Positions 19,191-28,329 of a stretch of DNA of 64,000 nucleotides are shown here, piece by piece. The notes under the pieces were generated by a model. The model did no database searches. It was not told the origin of the DNA and was given only the letters and a program-made list of their open reading frames with translations. Position numbers and translations under genes: made by a program. Position 1 is the stretch's first letter. Each line of letters begins with the position of its first letter. Origin of the DNA: a virus (Duplodnaviria; Caudoviricetes); IMG/VR virus record IMGVR_UViG_3300010429_001617. The stretch is one strand, 5' to 3'.

Positions 19191-21896
19191 TTAAATAGAA
19201 TTAATTATTTTTTCATTAACAAATTCTTTTGATATTAAATATCTGTGTTGTATATCACTGGTGTCACTTTCATCTACTCTTAAAATATTGATTTTCATAC
19301 CTTTATAATAATGGACTTTTGGTGTTCCTCTTAGAGTTATATCCCATCCAGCAGTATTCCATTCAAGTACAGCATTGAGTCCTGTGATTTTTATTATTTT
19401 ATACAATCCTGAATAATCAGAATAACTGACATATCCGCTGTTTGTCGAGCCACTTTGTAGATATAAATTTTCTATATAGACGTAATCGTTTTCATAGAAT
19501 AAATCATCTTTCAAGTCTATTGTTGTGTAGTTTGGATATCCAGCCCACGTTGCCCCAGTTGTCAGCCTATCTATAAATGTGAATATTTCCAAATAATAAG
19601 ATGTGTTGAAAGTTGAGCCAGTTGGATTAACCGAATTATAGCCATCAGGATAAACAAGATCTACAGGCATATCCAATAATGATATTAAATTTTTCTCTGT
19701 TTTTGGAGTTGGTGTTCCATCGTAGTATAAGATATTGATGTTCATTTCATTTGAGTATAAAGCTATATCCGGTCTTATTAATATGTCCACAGATTGTTTG
19801 AAGGTTAAATCATTGTCCAGTGTCACACTTAGAACAAGATCACTATGCTCAATCACCATATCATTTAAAATATTAACTAAAAATCTACCAGATTCTGGAA
19901 CCTCAATCATTTGAGCATAAGATGATTGTGATTGTCCAGACATTGTTAAATTATAGTTAGCTATATCTGTTGTCCTATAAGTATATATTTCGTTATAATC
20001 AACATCAACAGCATCAAAACTTAAAGCCGGATAATTCTTAGTATAATCTATTGATAGTTTAACTGTATCGGAATCAACAAATTGATTCGTCTTATACATC
20101 TTCAAAAGTTGTTCTTGATTTGTTAAACGATTTTTTATGTCATTGATATCTGTTTGTGAATATATTAAACTTTTTAATTTAACTATTTCATCGTTCAAAT
20201 CAATATATTGCCCGATGACAGTGCTGAATTGCTCGGAAAGTAGAACGTAATTACTTAAAACTTTATTATATAAATCAAAACTAAAAGCGTTATATATGGA
20301 TGTTGGATCATATCTCAATGGGAGCATATCATTATCCACTTTGAAATCTAAATTCAAATTATAAATATAAGAATATCCATCCTGCTCTGAGTTTGTAACA
20401 AGTTTTGTGGTCGCTGATATTAAATTGTCATCATCAATTCCAAAATCATTGTCAGGATTATCTAAAAATTGTATGCCATATAAATTGGTATATGTTTTAT
20501 CTATGGTATTATCGTGTATAGTATAGTACCATAAAATAGCATTAAATTCAAAATCTGCCGGCGGCTCTTCGTTGATAGATATAGTATTGAATTCATCAAA
20601 TGTGTTTAATGTGGCACTGGCTGTCAGTGCTTTATAATAATGTTTTAAATTAAAATCTATAGAAAGCCCATCTATATTATCAGAATTGAAATCCGATAAC
20701 TGCTCAAAATAATCATCATTGGCTGTGGCGTAGTTATCTGCTTTTAGGACACCATAATAATCTCCACTATATCTTATAGCGTCACCCGTACTTGTATTAT
20801 ATGTTTTATCATAGGTGTCAAAATATCCAAAATAAGAACCAGGATAATCTTCTGGGTTAGTTCTTATTGGGGATGTCAAATTTTCCGAGCCAATGATTTC
20901 ATCTTGTATCTGCTCATCCAATATAGGTATCTGTAATCCTGGATAATAATTTGTGTTTCTCACGGTTTCGAATAAAACGGATGGAGACTCACCAGCGTGA
21001 GCTGGTATCATCGCCGAAAACTCTGTGAACGTTTGTTGTGAAGCTTTTACTTTACTATTATATTGAACCTCACCTATATATTCAACCAAACGATGATAAT
21101 CTAAATAACATATTCCGTTCCAAGAAGAATCAGTATATTCAGTGGATAAAATTAAAGTTGTTTGTTCGGTCCCAACAGTAACAGATGTTATCTCGTGTGT
21201 TATACCACTTAGCTCGGGTGGTACAGGGGCTAATGTGGCGCCAGTTGAAAACATAATTTCATCTCCGACTTTAAACTTACTATAACTGTTTATTGTCACC
21301 TCGGCATATGTGCCAGAAGACGGATCTATTTCGACCGAACATTCATAATTTCTCACCTCGCGCTCTTTCCATAAATATTTTCTAAAATAATCTGGATTTG
21401 TTATGGTCGAAGCATTTGGATTATCGAACTCTGACATATTTTTATCCCAATCTATTTTATGCTCGGCTGGCTCGAAATCAATAATATTATGTAATCTACA
21501 CCATTTCCAGAAAATCATTTCTGTTGGATTTTTTCTTTCCAGCGGATTATAGAAATCTTTATTTGTGGATATACGAGTTTCACGAAAACAAGCATCTTGA
21601 TTAGCCACATAATTTCTTAATGATTCAATAAGTTTCTCTGAATATTTTACAGGACTAGATGTGTTTGGATCAAAATTATAGGAGCTTATTCCATTTTCAG
21701 GATCCACTGTATCAGTTTTTGTAAAATTTAAAACCTTGCCATCGCTTTTTGGTATATTCAATAAAACAAATTTTGAAATATACATATCATATTGATCTTG
21801 AAACGAATATACGTTAAAGTCATTTGAACTGCTTGGCATGGCATAAAAACTTGTGCCTTTTGATTTCATTCTCTTATAGAGTGGTGTTGATGCCAT
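19191..21896 (-). CDS. Large putative virion structural protein
   Basis: 901 aa, D/N/T/Y-rich, TTAATATATA box at 21923-21932. Confidence 0.55.
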   Translation of the reverse strand: MASTPLYKRMKSKGTSFYAMPSSSNDFNVYSFQDQYDMYISKFVLLNIPKSDGKVLNFTKTDTVDPENGISSYNFDPNTSSPVKYSEKLIESLRNYVANQDACFRETRISTNKDFYNPLERKNPTEMIFWKWCRLHNIIDFEPAEHKIDWDKNMSEFDNPNASTITNPDYFRKYLWKEREVRNYECSVEIDPSSGTYAEVTINSYSKFKVGDEIMFSTGATLAPVPPELSGITHEITSVTVGTEQTTLILSTEYTDSSWNGICYLDYHRLVEYIGEVQYNSKVKASQQTFTEFSAMIPAHAGESPSVLFETVRNTNYYPGLQIPILDEQIQDEIIGSENLTSPIRTNPEDYPGSYFGYFDTYDKTYNTSTGDAIRYSGDYYGVLKADNYATANDDYFEQLSDFNSDNIDGLSIDFNLKHYYKALTASATLNTFDEFNTISINEEPPADFEFNAILWYYTIHDNTIDKTYTNLYGIQFLDNPDNDFGIDDDNLISATTKLVTNSEQDGYSYIYNLNLDFKVDNDMLPLRYDPTSIYNAFSFDLYNKVLSNYVLLSEQFSTVIGQYIDLNDEIVKLKSLIYSQTDINDIKNRLTNQEQLLKMYKTNQFVDSDTVKLSIDYTKNYPALSFDAVDVDYNEIYTYRTTDIANYNLTMSGQSQSSYAQMIEVPESGRFLVNILNDMVIEHSDLVLSVTLDNDLTFKQSVDILIRPDIALYSNEMNINILYYDGTPTPKTEKNLISLLDMPVDLVYPDGYNSVNPTGSTFNTSYYLEIFTFIDRLTTGATWAGYPNYTTIDLKDDLFYENDYVYIENLYLQSGSTNSGYVSYSDYSGLYKIIKITGLNAVLEWNTAGWDITLRGTPKVHYYKGMKINILRVDESDTSDIQHRYLISKEFVNEKIINSI

Positions 21897-21980
21897 AATT
21901 AAATTATTATTTTTTTTTTCATTATATATTAAAATATGAATGTTGTAAAAAATTATTTTAACATTTTAATATATAGATTT

Positions 21981-22733
21981 ATGAAATTCTTGAAAATATA
22001 TGAGCAATTTGAACTGGATGATGATCCTTGGGGTGAAGACTCACCAAGAAAATATACATTTGGAGAGTGGTTTAAGGAAAATTATGGAAATAAAGATCCA
22101 CTGACAATAAAGACAATTGATTGCTATAATAATTCTCTGACCAGTCTCGATGAAATAGAAAACTTGATAAATCTTAGGGAGTTATCTTGTCATCATAATT
22201 CTCTCACCAGTCTCGATGGAATAGAGAACCTGATAAATCTTGAAGAGTTATATTGTTCTAATAATTCTCTCACCAGACTCGATGGAATAGAGAACTTAAT
22301 AAATCTTAAAGTGTTATATTGTTATAATAATTCTCTCACCAGTCTCGATGAAATAGAAAACTTGATAAATCTTAAAGCGTTATCTTGTCATCATAATTCT
22401 CTCACCAGTCTCGATGGAATAGAGAACCTGATAAATCTTGAAGAGTTATATTGTTCTAATAATTCTCTCACCAGACTCGATGGAATAGAGAACTTAATAA
22501 ATCTTAAAGCGTTATCTTGTTCTGATAATTCTCTTGTCAGCCTTGCGGGAATAGAGAACTTAATAAATCTTAAAGTGTTATATTGTTATAATAATTCTCT
22601 CACCAGTCTCGAGGGAATAGAAAACTTAATAAATCTTAAAGTGTTATATTGTCATAATAATTCTTTCTCTGATGAATATAAAGTTCATTTAAAAGATCAT
22701 TGTAAAAAAAGAAATATAAAATTGTACATATGA
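21981..22733 (+). CDS. Leucine-rich-repeat protein (22-aa units) with leader and DDPWGED tag
   Basis: MKFLKIYEQFELDDDPWGED followed by (NNSLTSLDGIENLINLKxLxCx)n; the real start is probably 21981. Confidence 0.9.
   Translation: MKFLKIYEQFELDDDPWGEDSPRKYTFGEWFKENYGNKDPLTIKTIDCYNNSLTSLDEIENLINLRELSCHHNSLTSLDGIENLINLEELYCSNNSLTRLDGIENLINLKVLYCYNNSLTSLDEIENLINLKALSCHHNSLTSLDGIENLINLEELYCSNNSLTRLDGIENLINLKALSCSDNSLVSLAGIENLINLKVLYCYNNSLTSLEGIENLINLKVLYCHNNSFSDEYKVHLKDHCKKRNIKLYI
22122..22667 (+). repeat. Eight near-identical 66-nt coding repeats plus a partial copy, with 198-nt higher-order periodicity
   Basis: Units start at 22122, 22188, 22254 ... 22650; units 2 and 5 are identical. Confidence 0.9.
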
Positions 22734-23509
22734 ATCACCTGAAACTATATGAACAATTTAGATATGGTAGAGAACCAGATCTTCGTAGAATGACAAATAT
22801 TGTTAGATGTGTCAAAAGAAATTATGAGCCATATTTTACACTAAACAGATATTATGACGTTAAAATATGGGGAAATCCACAAAGGGCAATAGAAGAATTT
22901 CATATAAATGATTATATTCCAGTTGAATGCGTTTCAAAAATCAGGATAAAATCAAATAGAAGTGATTCGCTGGAATTAGATTTATCTAAAAAACAAGATT
23001 ATAATTTCTTTTTCGATTACTTTGAGTTAGCTGATGGAAAAAAGATGAAAAGAAAACAAAATTTGGAAGATGACCCTTGGAGCGAAGAAAATTGGGGATA
23101 TGAGGAGATAAAAGAAAATTCACAAAATGGTGTGATATCATATAATACCACAAGACATATGAATGATAATGAATTATTATCATTATTAAAGAAAAAAATT
23201 ATTGGAAGAACCATAGATTTTCACGCTTTATGTGAAACTGGTAGAGGAAAAAATATAATACACTATAGAATTAAAGATATAAGAGATTTTTATGTTAAAG
23301 ATGTTTATATTGGTGACGGCGATTTTATTTTCATAGAAGGCGTCGGCAAATATGATGACGATAAGAAATATGAAGCCAGTTATATTTTGAGTAAGACGGC
23401 AGATATATTTTATTCACTAACGAGCGAAGAAATAGAAAAAAGAAGGCAATTAACAGATTTACATAAAGAAGAAGATCCTTGGGGTGAAGAAAATTGGGAA
23501 ATCAATTAA
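22730..23509 (+). CDS. Two-module protein with leader MNHLKLYEQF and two DPW tags
   Basis: EDDPWSEENWG and EEDPWGEENW. Confidence 0.7.
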   Translation: MNHLKLYEQFRYGREPDLRRMTNIVRCVKRNYEPYFTLNRYYDVKIWGNPQRAIEEFHINDYIPVECVSKIRIKSNRSDSLELDLSKKQDYNFFFDYFELADGKKMKRKQNLEDDPWSEENWGYEEIKENSQNGVISYNTTRHMNDNELLSLLKKKIIGRTIDFHALCETGRGKNIIHYRIKDIRDFYVKDVYIGDGDFIFIEGVGKYDDDKKYEASYILSKTADIFYSLTSEEIEKRRQLTDLHKEEDPWGEENWEIN

Positions 23510-23530
23510 AAAAAATTAAAAAAAAAAAGA

Positions 23531-23917
23531 ATGAAAACAAAATTTGAAAATTTCTTGAACGAGAGTATCTTTGTCGAAAAAGATGATAAAATATTGAGAG
23601 AAATTATATTTATTATCAAAAAATATAATCTGATACCAACATATGAAAGTCAGACAAGATATTATAGAAAGTTTGAATATCTCATAAAGTTGAAAGATAA
23701 GACATTATCAGTTATTTGTGAAAGAGGTGGTTTGGATGACGAGCCTTTTAATGAATATATAATATCTCTAAATAATGAAAAATTAAAGTGCTCTAAATTT
23801 CTGATGTCAAAGATGTGGAGGCTATCAAAACATTTATATGAAAATCAGGATGGTGAAAAAACTAAAAAAGAGATTGATCAAATTGATCAAAAAGAATTGA
23901 TCAAAAGAATAAAATGA
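23531..23917 (+). CDS. Hypothetical protein with leader MKTKFENFLNE
   Basis: 128 aa ORF. Confidence 0.65.
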   Translation: MKTKFENFLNESIFVEKDDKILREIIFIIKKYNLIPTYESQTRYYRKFEYLIKLKDKTLSVICERGGLDDEPFNEYIISLNNEKLKCSKFLMSKMWRLSKHLYENQDGEKTKKEIDQIDQKELIKRIK

Positions 23918-24927
23918 TTATTGATTTTATAACATATATTAACGAACAAATTGAGGATGATAGAAAATACTACATCTATACATTATCGGATCCGATTGAT
24001 GGTGAAGTAAAATATGTTGGCAAGACAAAGGATTTAAAGGATAGGATGTGGAGACATATGGAGCCATCAAATTTAAAAAATGCTTGGACATCTAAAACAA
24101 AATGGATTTTATGGCTTAAAAAACAGGGACTAAAACCAATAATGGATATTTTAGATGAAGGAGATGCCAATAATATAAATGATTTGGAAAGATATTGGAT
24201 ATCTCAAATAAAAACGTGGGGGTATAGATTAAAGAATGACACAAGTGGTGGGCAAGGCGCAGATTATTGGAAAGGAAAAAAATTGTCAAACGAACATAAA
24301 TTGAAAGTGAAAATGAACAATCCTTTGAGAAAAGATATTTGTGAATATGAAATAGGAACAGATAAATTATTGGCTGAATATATATCTGTTCGTGAAGCTA
24401 GTAAAAAAACTGGACATACTGAGTATGCGATCATAAGTAGTTGTAAAGGATTATCAACGCCGGATAAATTTGGTGTCTATTGGAGATATAAAGATAATTA
24501 TTTTCCATATGAAGCTAGAGATTTGAAACCAAGTGAGGAAACTATTCAAAAAATAAAATTAAAACAACATAGAAATAATATTTGTCAGTATGAAATTGGA
24601 ACAGATAGATTATTATCGACATATGAATCGAGTTATGATGCCGAAAGAATAACTGGAATAAATAGATCCCACATAATGAAATGCTGTAGAGGAATAAAAA
24701 ATTATAACTCTGTTGGTGGATATTACTGGAGATTTGAAGATAATTATTTTCCATATGAACCACCAGCAAATAGACCCATAAAAATAGAACAATATGATAA
24801 AAATGGAAATTTAATTAAAATATATAACTCTACATACGAGTTGAGAAAAGAATTAAAAATAGATTTTAGAGCCATAATTAAAAATAATTATGATTATCTT
24901 GGATATGATTGGAAAATTAAAAAATAA
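23914..24927 (+). CDS. GIY-YIG homing endonuclease with NUMOD1-type repeats
   Basis: YIYTL...KYVGKT...R...ERYWI...LKN; three ICxY/IEQY...Y.S..EA repeats. Confidence 0.85.
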   Translation: MIIDFITYINEQIEDDRKYYIYTLSDPIDGEVKYVGKTKDLKDRMWRHMEPSNLKNAWTSKTKWILWLKKQGLKPIMDILDEGDANNINDLERYWISQIKTWGYRLKNDTSGGQGADYWKGKKLSNEHKLKVKMNNPLRKDICEYEIGTDKLLAEYISVREASKKTGHTEYAIISSCKGLSTPDKFGVYWRYKDNYFPYEARDLKPSEETIQKIKLKQHRNNICQYEIGTDRLLSTYESSYDAERITGINRSHIMKCCRGIKNYNSVGGYYWRFEDNYFPYEPPANRPIKIEQYDKNGNLIKIYNSTYELRKELKIDFRAIIKNNYDYLGYDWKIKK

Positions 24928-24939
24928 ATAAATAAAAAC

Positions 24940-26541
24940 ATGAAAAAAATGAATTTAATAAATTTAACGGAATTTGATAAATTTGTCGAAATGATGAACG
25001 AAAGCGTAAGTGGTTCAGTACGAAGCCGTTTTGCCCCTTCGCCTACAGGCGCACTTCACCTTGGGGGGGTGCGAACCGCGTTATATAATTATCTTTTCGC
25101 AAAAAAACATAATGGTGTGTTTTATTTAAGAATTGAGGATACTGATCAGGTTCGTTTTGTGCCAGGCGCCGAAGAATATATTAGAAAGTCTTTAGAGTGG
25201 TGTGGAATTTCACCGGATGAATCTCCTTGGCAGGGTGGGCCTTACGGTCCTTATCGTCAATCAGAAAGATATGACATATATCCAAAATATGCTAAAGAAT
25301 TAGTGGATAAGGGTAAAGCCTATTATTGTTTTGACACACCAGATGATATAGAAAATATGAAATCTAAACTCTTAGAACAGGGAGTTGCTTCACCTCAATA
25401 TGATGCTAACACCAGAATGATGATGAAAAATTCTCTAACTCTTTCAGCAGATGAAGTTCAACATTTATTGGATTCAAAAGCTCCTTTTGTCATTAGAATA
25501 AAGTTTCCAGAAGACACACAAATAGTTGTTAATGATATAATTAGAGGAACTGTTGTTGCCAACACAAACACATTGGATGATAAAGTTTTATTCAAATCAG
25601 ACGGACTACCTACTTATCACTTGGCTAATGTTGTTGATGATCATTTAATGAAAACATCGCACGTTATACGTGGAGAAGAGTGGTTGCCAAGTGCTCCGCT
25701 TCATTTCTTTTTATATGAGGCATTCGGTTGGGATACACCAGAATTTGCTCATCTTTCATTAATATTGAAACCAAGTGGGGCTGGAAAATTGAGTAAAAGA
25801 GATGGGGACGCTTTAGGATTTCCAGTTTTTCCTTTAAAGTGGACGGATCCTAAAAATCCAGATGCCACATCAAAAGGATATAAAGACAGCGGTTATTTGC
25901 CTGAAGCTTTCATAAATATGTTGGCTTTTCTTGGTTGGAATCCAGGAACAGAGCAAGAAGTTATGACAATGGACGAGCTCATACAATCTTTTTCATTAGA
26001 AAGATGTGGTAAAGCTGGAGCTCGTTTTAATATAGAAAAAACGAAATGGTATAACGGACAATATATTAGAAAAATGTCTGATGAAGAGGTTTTTGATGAA
26101 TTAAAAAAATCACTGGATGAAAGAGGAATAGATTTACCAGATGGAACTATAAAGAAAATGATAGAAATGAATAAGGGTAAAGTTAATTTTGTTTCAGATA
26201 TATATGAAGCTTCTTTATATTTATTTGAAAAACCAGAAACATATGATAAGAAAACTGTCGAGAAGAAATGGACAGAAAAAAGCCCTGAGGTAATTTCTAA
26301 TTTGAGAGAAGTTTTAGAAGGTGTCCACGATTGGTCAGGTGAAAATATTCAAAGAGCATTTGAAAAATATGTTAATGAAAATCCTGATTTGAATTTTGGT
26401 ATGGTTGCTCCGGCATTGAGACTTGTTTTAACTGGTATGGGTAATGGTCCATCACTATTTGATATTATGGAAATCATCGGTAAAGAAGAAACGTTAAATA
26501 GAATGACAAATTATAATATACAAGTTAAAAAGAAAAAATAG
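24940..26541 (+). CDS. gltX: Glutamyl-tRNA synthetase, Bacteroidota-type, with an N-terminal extension
   Basis: RFAPSPTGALHLGG, LRIEDTD, HVIRGEEW, KLSKRDGDALGFPVFPL. Confidence 0.97.
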   Translation: MKKMNLINLTEFDKFVEMMNESVSGSVRSRFAPSPTGALHLGGVRTALYNYLFAKKHNGVFYLRIEDTDQVRFVPGAEEYIRKSLEWCGISPDESPWQGGPYGPYRQSERYDIYPKYAKELVDKGKAYYCFDTPDDIENMKSKLLEQGVASPQYDANTRMMMKNSLTLSADEVQHLLDSKAPFVIRIKFPEDTQIVVNDIIRGTVVANTNTLDDKVLFKSDGLPTYHLANVVDDHLMKTSHVIRGEEWLPSAPLHFFLYEAFGWDTPEFAHLSLILKPSGAGKLSKRDGDALGFPVFPLKWTDPKNPDATSKGYKDSGYLPEAFINMLAFLGWNPGTEQEVMTMDELIQSFSLERCGKAGARFNIEKTKWYNGQYIRKMSDEEVFDELKKSLDERGIDLPDGTIKKMIEMNKGKVNFVSDIYEASLYLFEKPETYDKKTVEKKWTEKSPEVISNLREVLEGVHDWSGENIQRAFEKYVNENPDLNFGMVAPALRLVLTGMGNGPSLFDIMEIIGKEETLNRMTNYNIQVKKKK

Positions 26542-26542
26542 T

Positions 26543-26673
26543 ATGAAGTATATAAAATTATACGAGCAAAAGATTTTGAAAATGATTCCTGGGGAGAGGA
26601 TACACCTCGTGAAAATAGTTTAATAGACATACTTAGAATGATATTTTATGGCATTCATATTTTTTTAATTTAA
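26543..26673 (+). pseudogene. Frameshifted remnant of a leader-plus-tag gene resembling the LRR gene start
   Basis: MKYIKLYEQ, then in the -1 frame DFENDSWGEDTPR (compare MKFLKIYEQFELDDDPWGEDSPR). Confidence 0.55.
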
Positions 26674-26808
26674 GGATTCAATTTTCATTTTCTCATCTAC
26701 TACACCATAATCAACTGGCTGATCAATATCAACCAAATTGTTGGCAATCAACCAACTAAAAAACATGTCAGAAATAATCTGTTCGATTGGTTTGTCAAAA
26801 TTTTCCAT
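26665..26808 (-). CDS. Small hypothetical protein (47 aa, not in the ORF track)
   Basis: MENFDKPIEQIISDMFFSWLIANNLVD...; TATTTTTG box at 26832-26839. Confidence 0.45.
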   Translation of the reverse strand: MENFDKPIEQIISDMFFSWLIANNLVDIDQPVDYGVVDEKMKIESLN

Positions 26809-26869
26809 TTTTGTTTGTTTTAAATGTTATACAAAAATAGAAAAAAATTTCAGAAATAAAAAAAATAAA

Positions 26870-28234
26870 TTATAGATTTACTGTTTTATTGGTTGGTTTT
26901 TTTCTCATTCCACCAGGCTTTCCTTTACCTTTTCCTTTCTTCTTTTCTTCACCGCCTTCACCTTCTTCGCCAGCAAAATGATTATAAATATCTGGATAAA
27001 GTCTTTTATCAGCTCCTATGTTATAATTCAGTTTAAAATAATCGTTGAAATCTAAAAGATCACTTTTTTGTAAATTATACTCACGATTTATATTTAATAA
27101 TCTATCTACTTGAGAATTAAGTTTTTCTACAAACTGATTGAATATTTCTACTGTCTGCTCATTGAAAACTCCAACAGGTTTTTTTCGTTTTTTACTGAAC
27201 GATCCCAACAAAACTTTAAACATATATTCTATTTTTTTACTAGACTTTAAATTTTCTATCGTTTTTCTATTACTCAACAAGTCTAAATTGATTTTGAATT
27301 TCTCATCCATAAAGAATGGTGGTATATTGATCTCCCATTTATCAATATCACCTTTTATGTTTTCTATATAGTCATTGAAAATTTGGCACATCAACTCTAT
27401 ATAAATCTCATCTTTTATATCGGCTCTAATTTTATATTTGCTTATATCTACGAGCTGACAAAATTCTAGAAAATTCAATAATATTAAACTATACATTTCT
27501 ACATATCCAGTATCATTATAATATGATAATCTTTTATAAAGAGGGTTTAATATTTCGAAACTATATTCATCATTACCGTTTATTTTAATAACTATTTTCT
27601 CAAGATTATCATTGAAATTTCCAGTGTCCATTAAAAATGAATTCTCAACTTGCGGATTTAATATATCATAGAAAAATTTAGCGAAATTACTTTCACCGAA
27701 GACGTATTCTAGATCATTTTCAGATGTGTTTAAGAAAAGTCCTATTATTTCGATTTGTTTTTCATTTAATTTTCCCATATAAATAACTGGCAAAAAATCA
27801 CAATCAAATAAATTAGCATATTCTTTTATTTCATCATAATTATAAACATATCTGCTTCCTTTTATTATACACGTCAATATCAATCCATTTTTCGGAATTT
27901 TACTATATTGTATGTTGCCTGGTTGAGCATCATAAGGTGGAAAATATTCAAAACAAAACCACCAATTCATATTTAATAAATTCGTTATGTAGCTTGGTAA
28001 AGTGTGAAAATAAGAAAATGCCGAATTATAAAATTTCTGAATAGCTAAGTCTATGAAATTCAGCGGATCGTTTTTTACGCTTTTTGGTTTGATTACAAAT
28101 TTATCACCGTCCCATTTTACAAATATTCTTGATCCTTGAACATCTTCATAGATTAAAAGATCTTTATCTTTAATTATTTTTATAAATTCAGAAGATGTTT
28201 CGATGTCATTATTTAATTTTACTAACTTTGTCAT
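26870..28234 (-). CDS. RNA-ligase-fold-like protein lacking the motif I lysine
   Basis: IYEDVQGSRIFV, FCFEYF, LPVIYMG, LEKIVIK. Confidence 0.45.
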   Translation of the reverse strand: MTKLVKLNNDIETSSEFIKIIKDKDLLIYEDVQGSRIFVKWDGDKFVIKPKSVKNDPLNFIDLAIQKFYNSAFSYFHTLPSYITNLLNMNWWFCFEYFPPYDAQPGNIQYSKIPKNGLILTCIIKGSRYVYNYDEIKEYANLFDCDFLPVIYMGKLNEKQIEIIGLFLNTSENDLEYVFGESNFAKFFYDILNPQVENSFLMDTGNFNDNLEKIVIKINGNDEYSFEILNPLYKRLSYYNDTGYVEMYSLILLNFLEFCQLVDISKYKIRADIKDEIYIELMCQIFNDYIENIKGDIDKWEINIPPFFMDEKFKINLDLLSNRKTIENLKSSKKIEYMFKVLLGSFSKKRKKPVGVFNEQTVEIFNQFVEKLNSQVDRLLNINREYNLQKSDLLDFNDYFKLNYNIGADKRLYPDIYNHFAGEEGEGGEEKKKGKGKGKPGGMRKKPTNKTVNL

Positions 28235-28329
28235 AATATATTCTTTTGTTTTTTGAATATTTTATTTATATATATAAAAAATATTGAGTCAAAAATTTAA
28301 TATATAACATAACAAATAACATCAATTAA

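Noticed and set aside
22122-22667. CRISPR array or DGR target in the 66-nt repeats
   Set aside because: The repeats are contiguous in-frame coding units without unique spacers. Variation is not adenine-specific, and no reverse transcriptase or template repeat is visible in the window.
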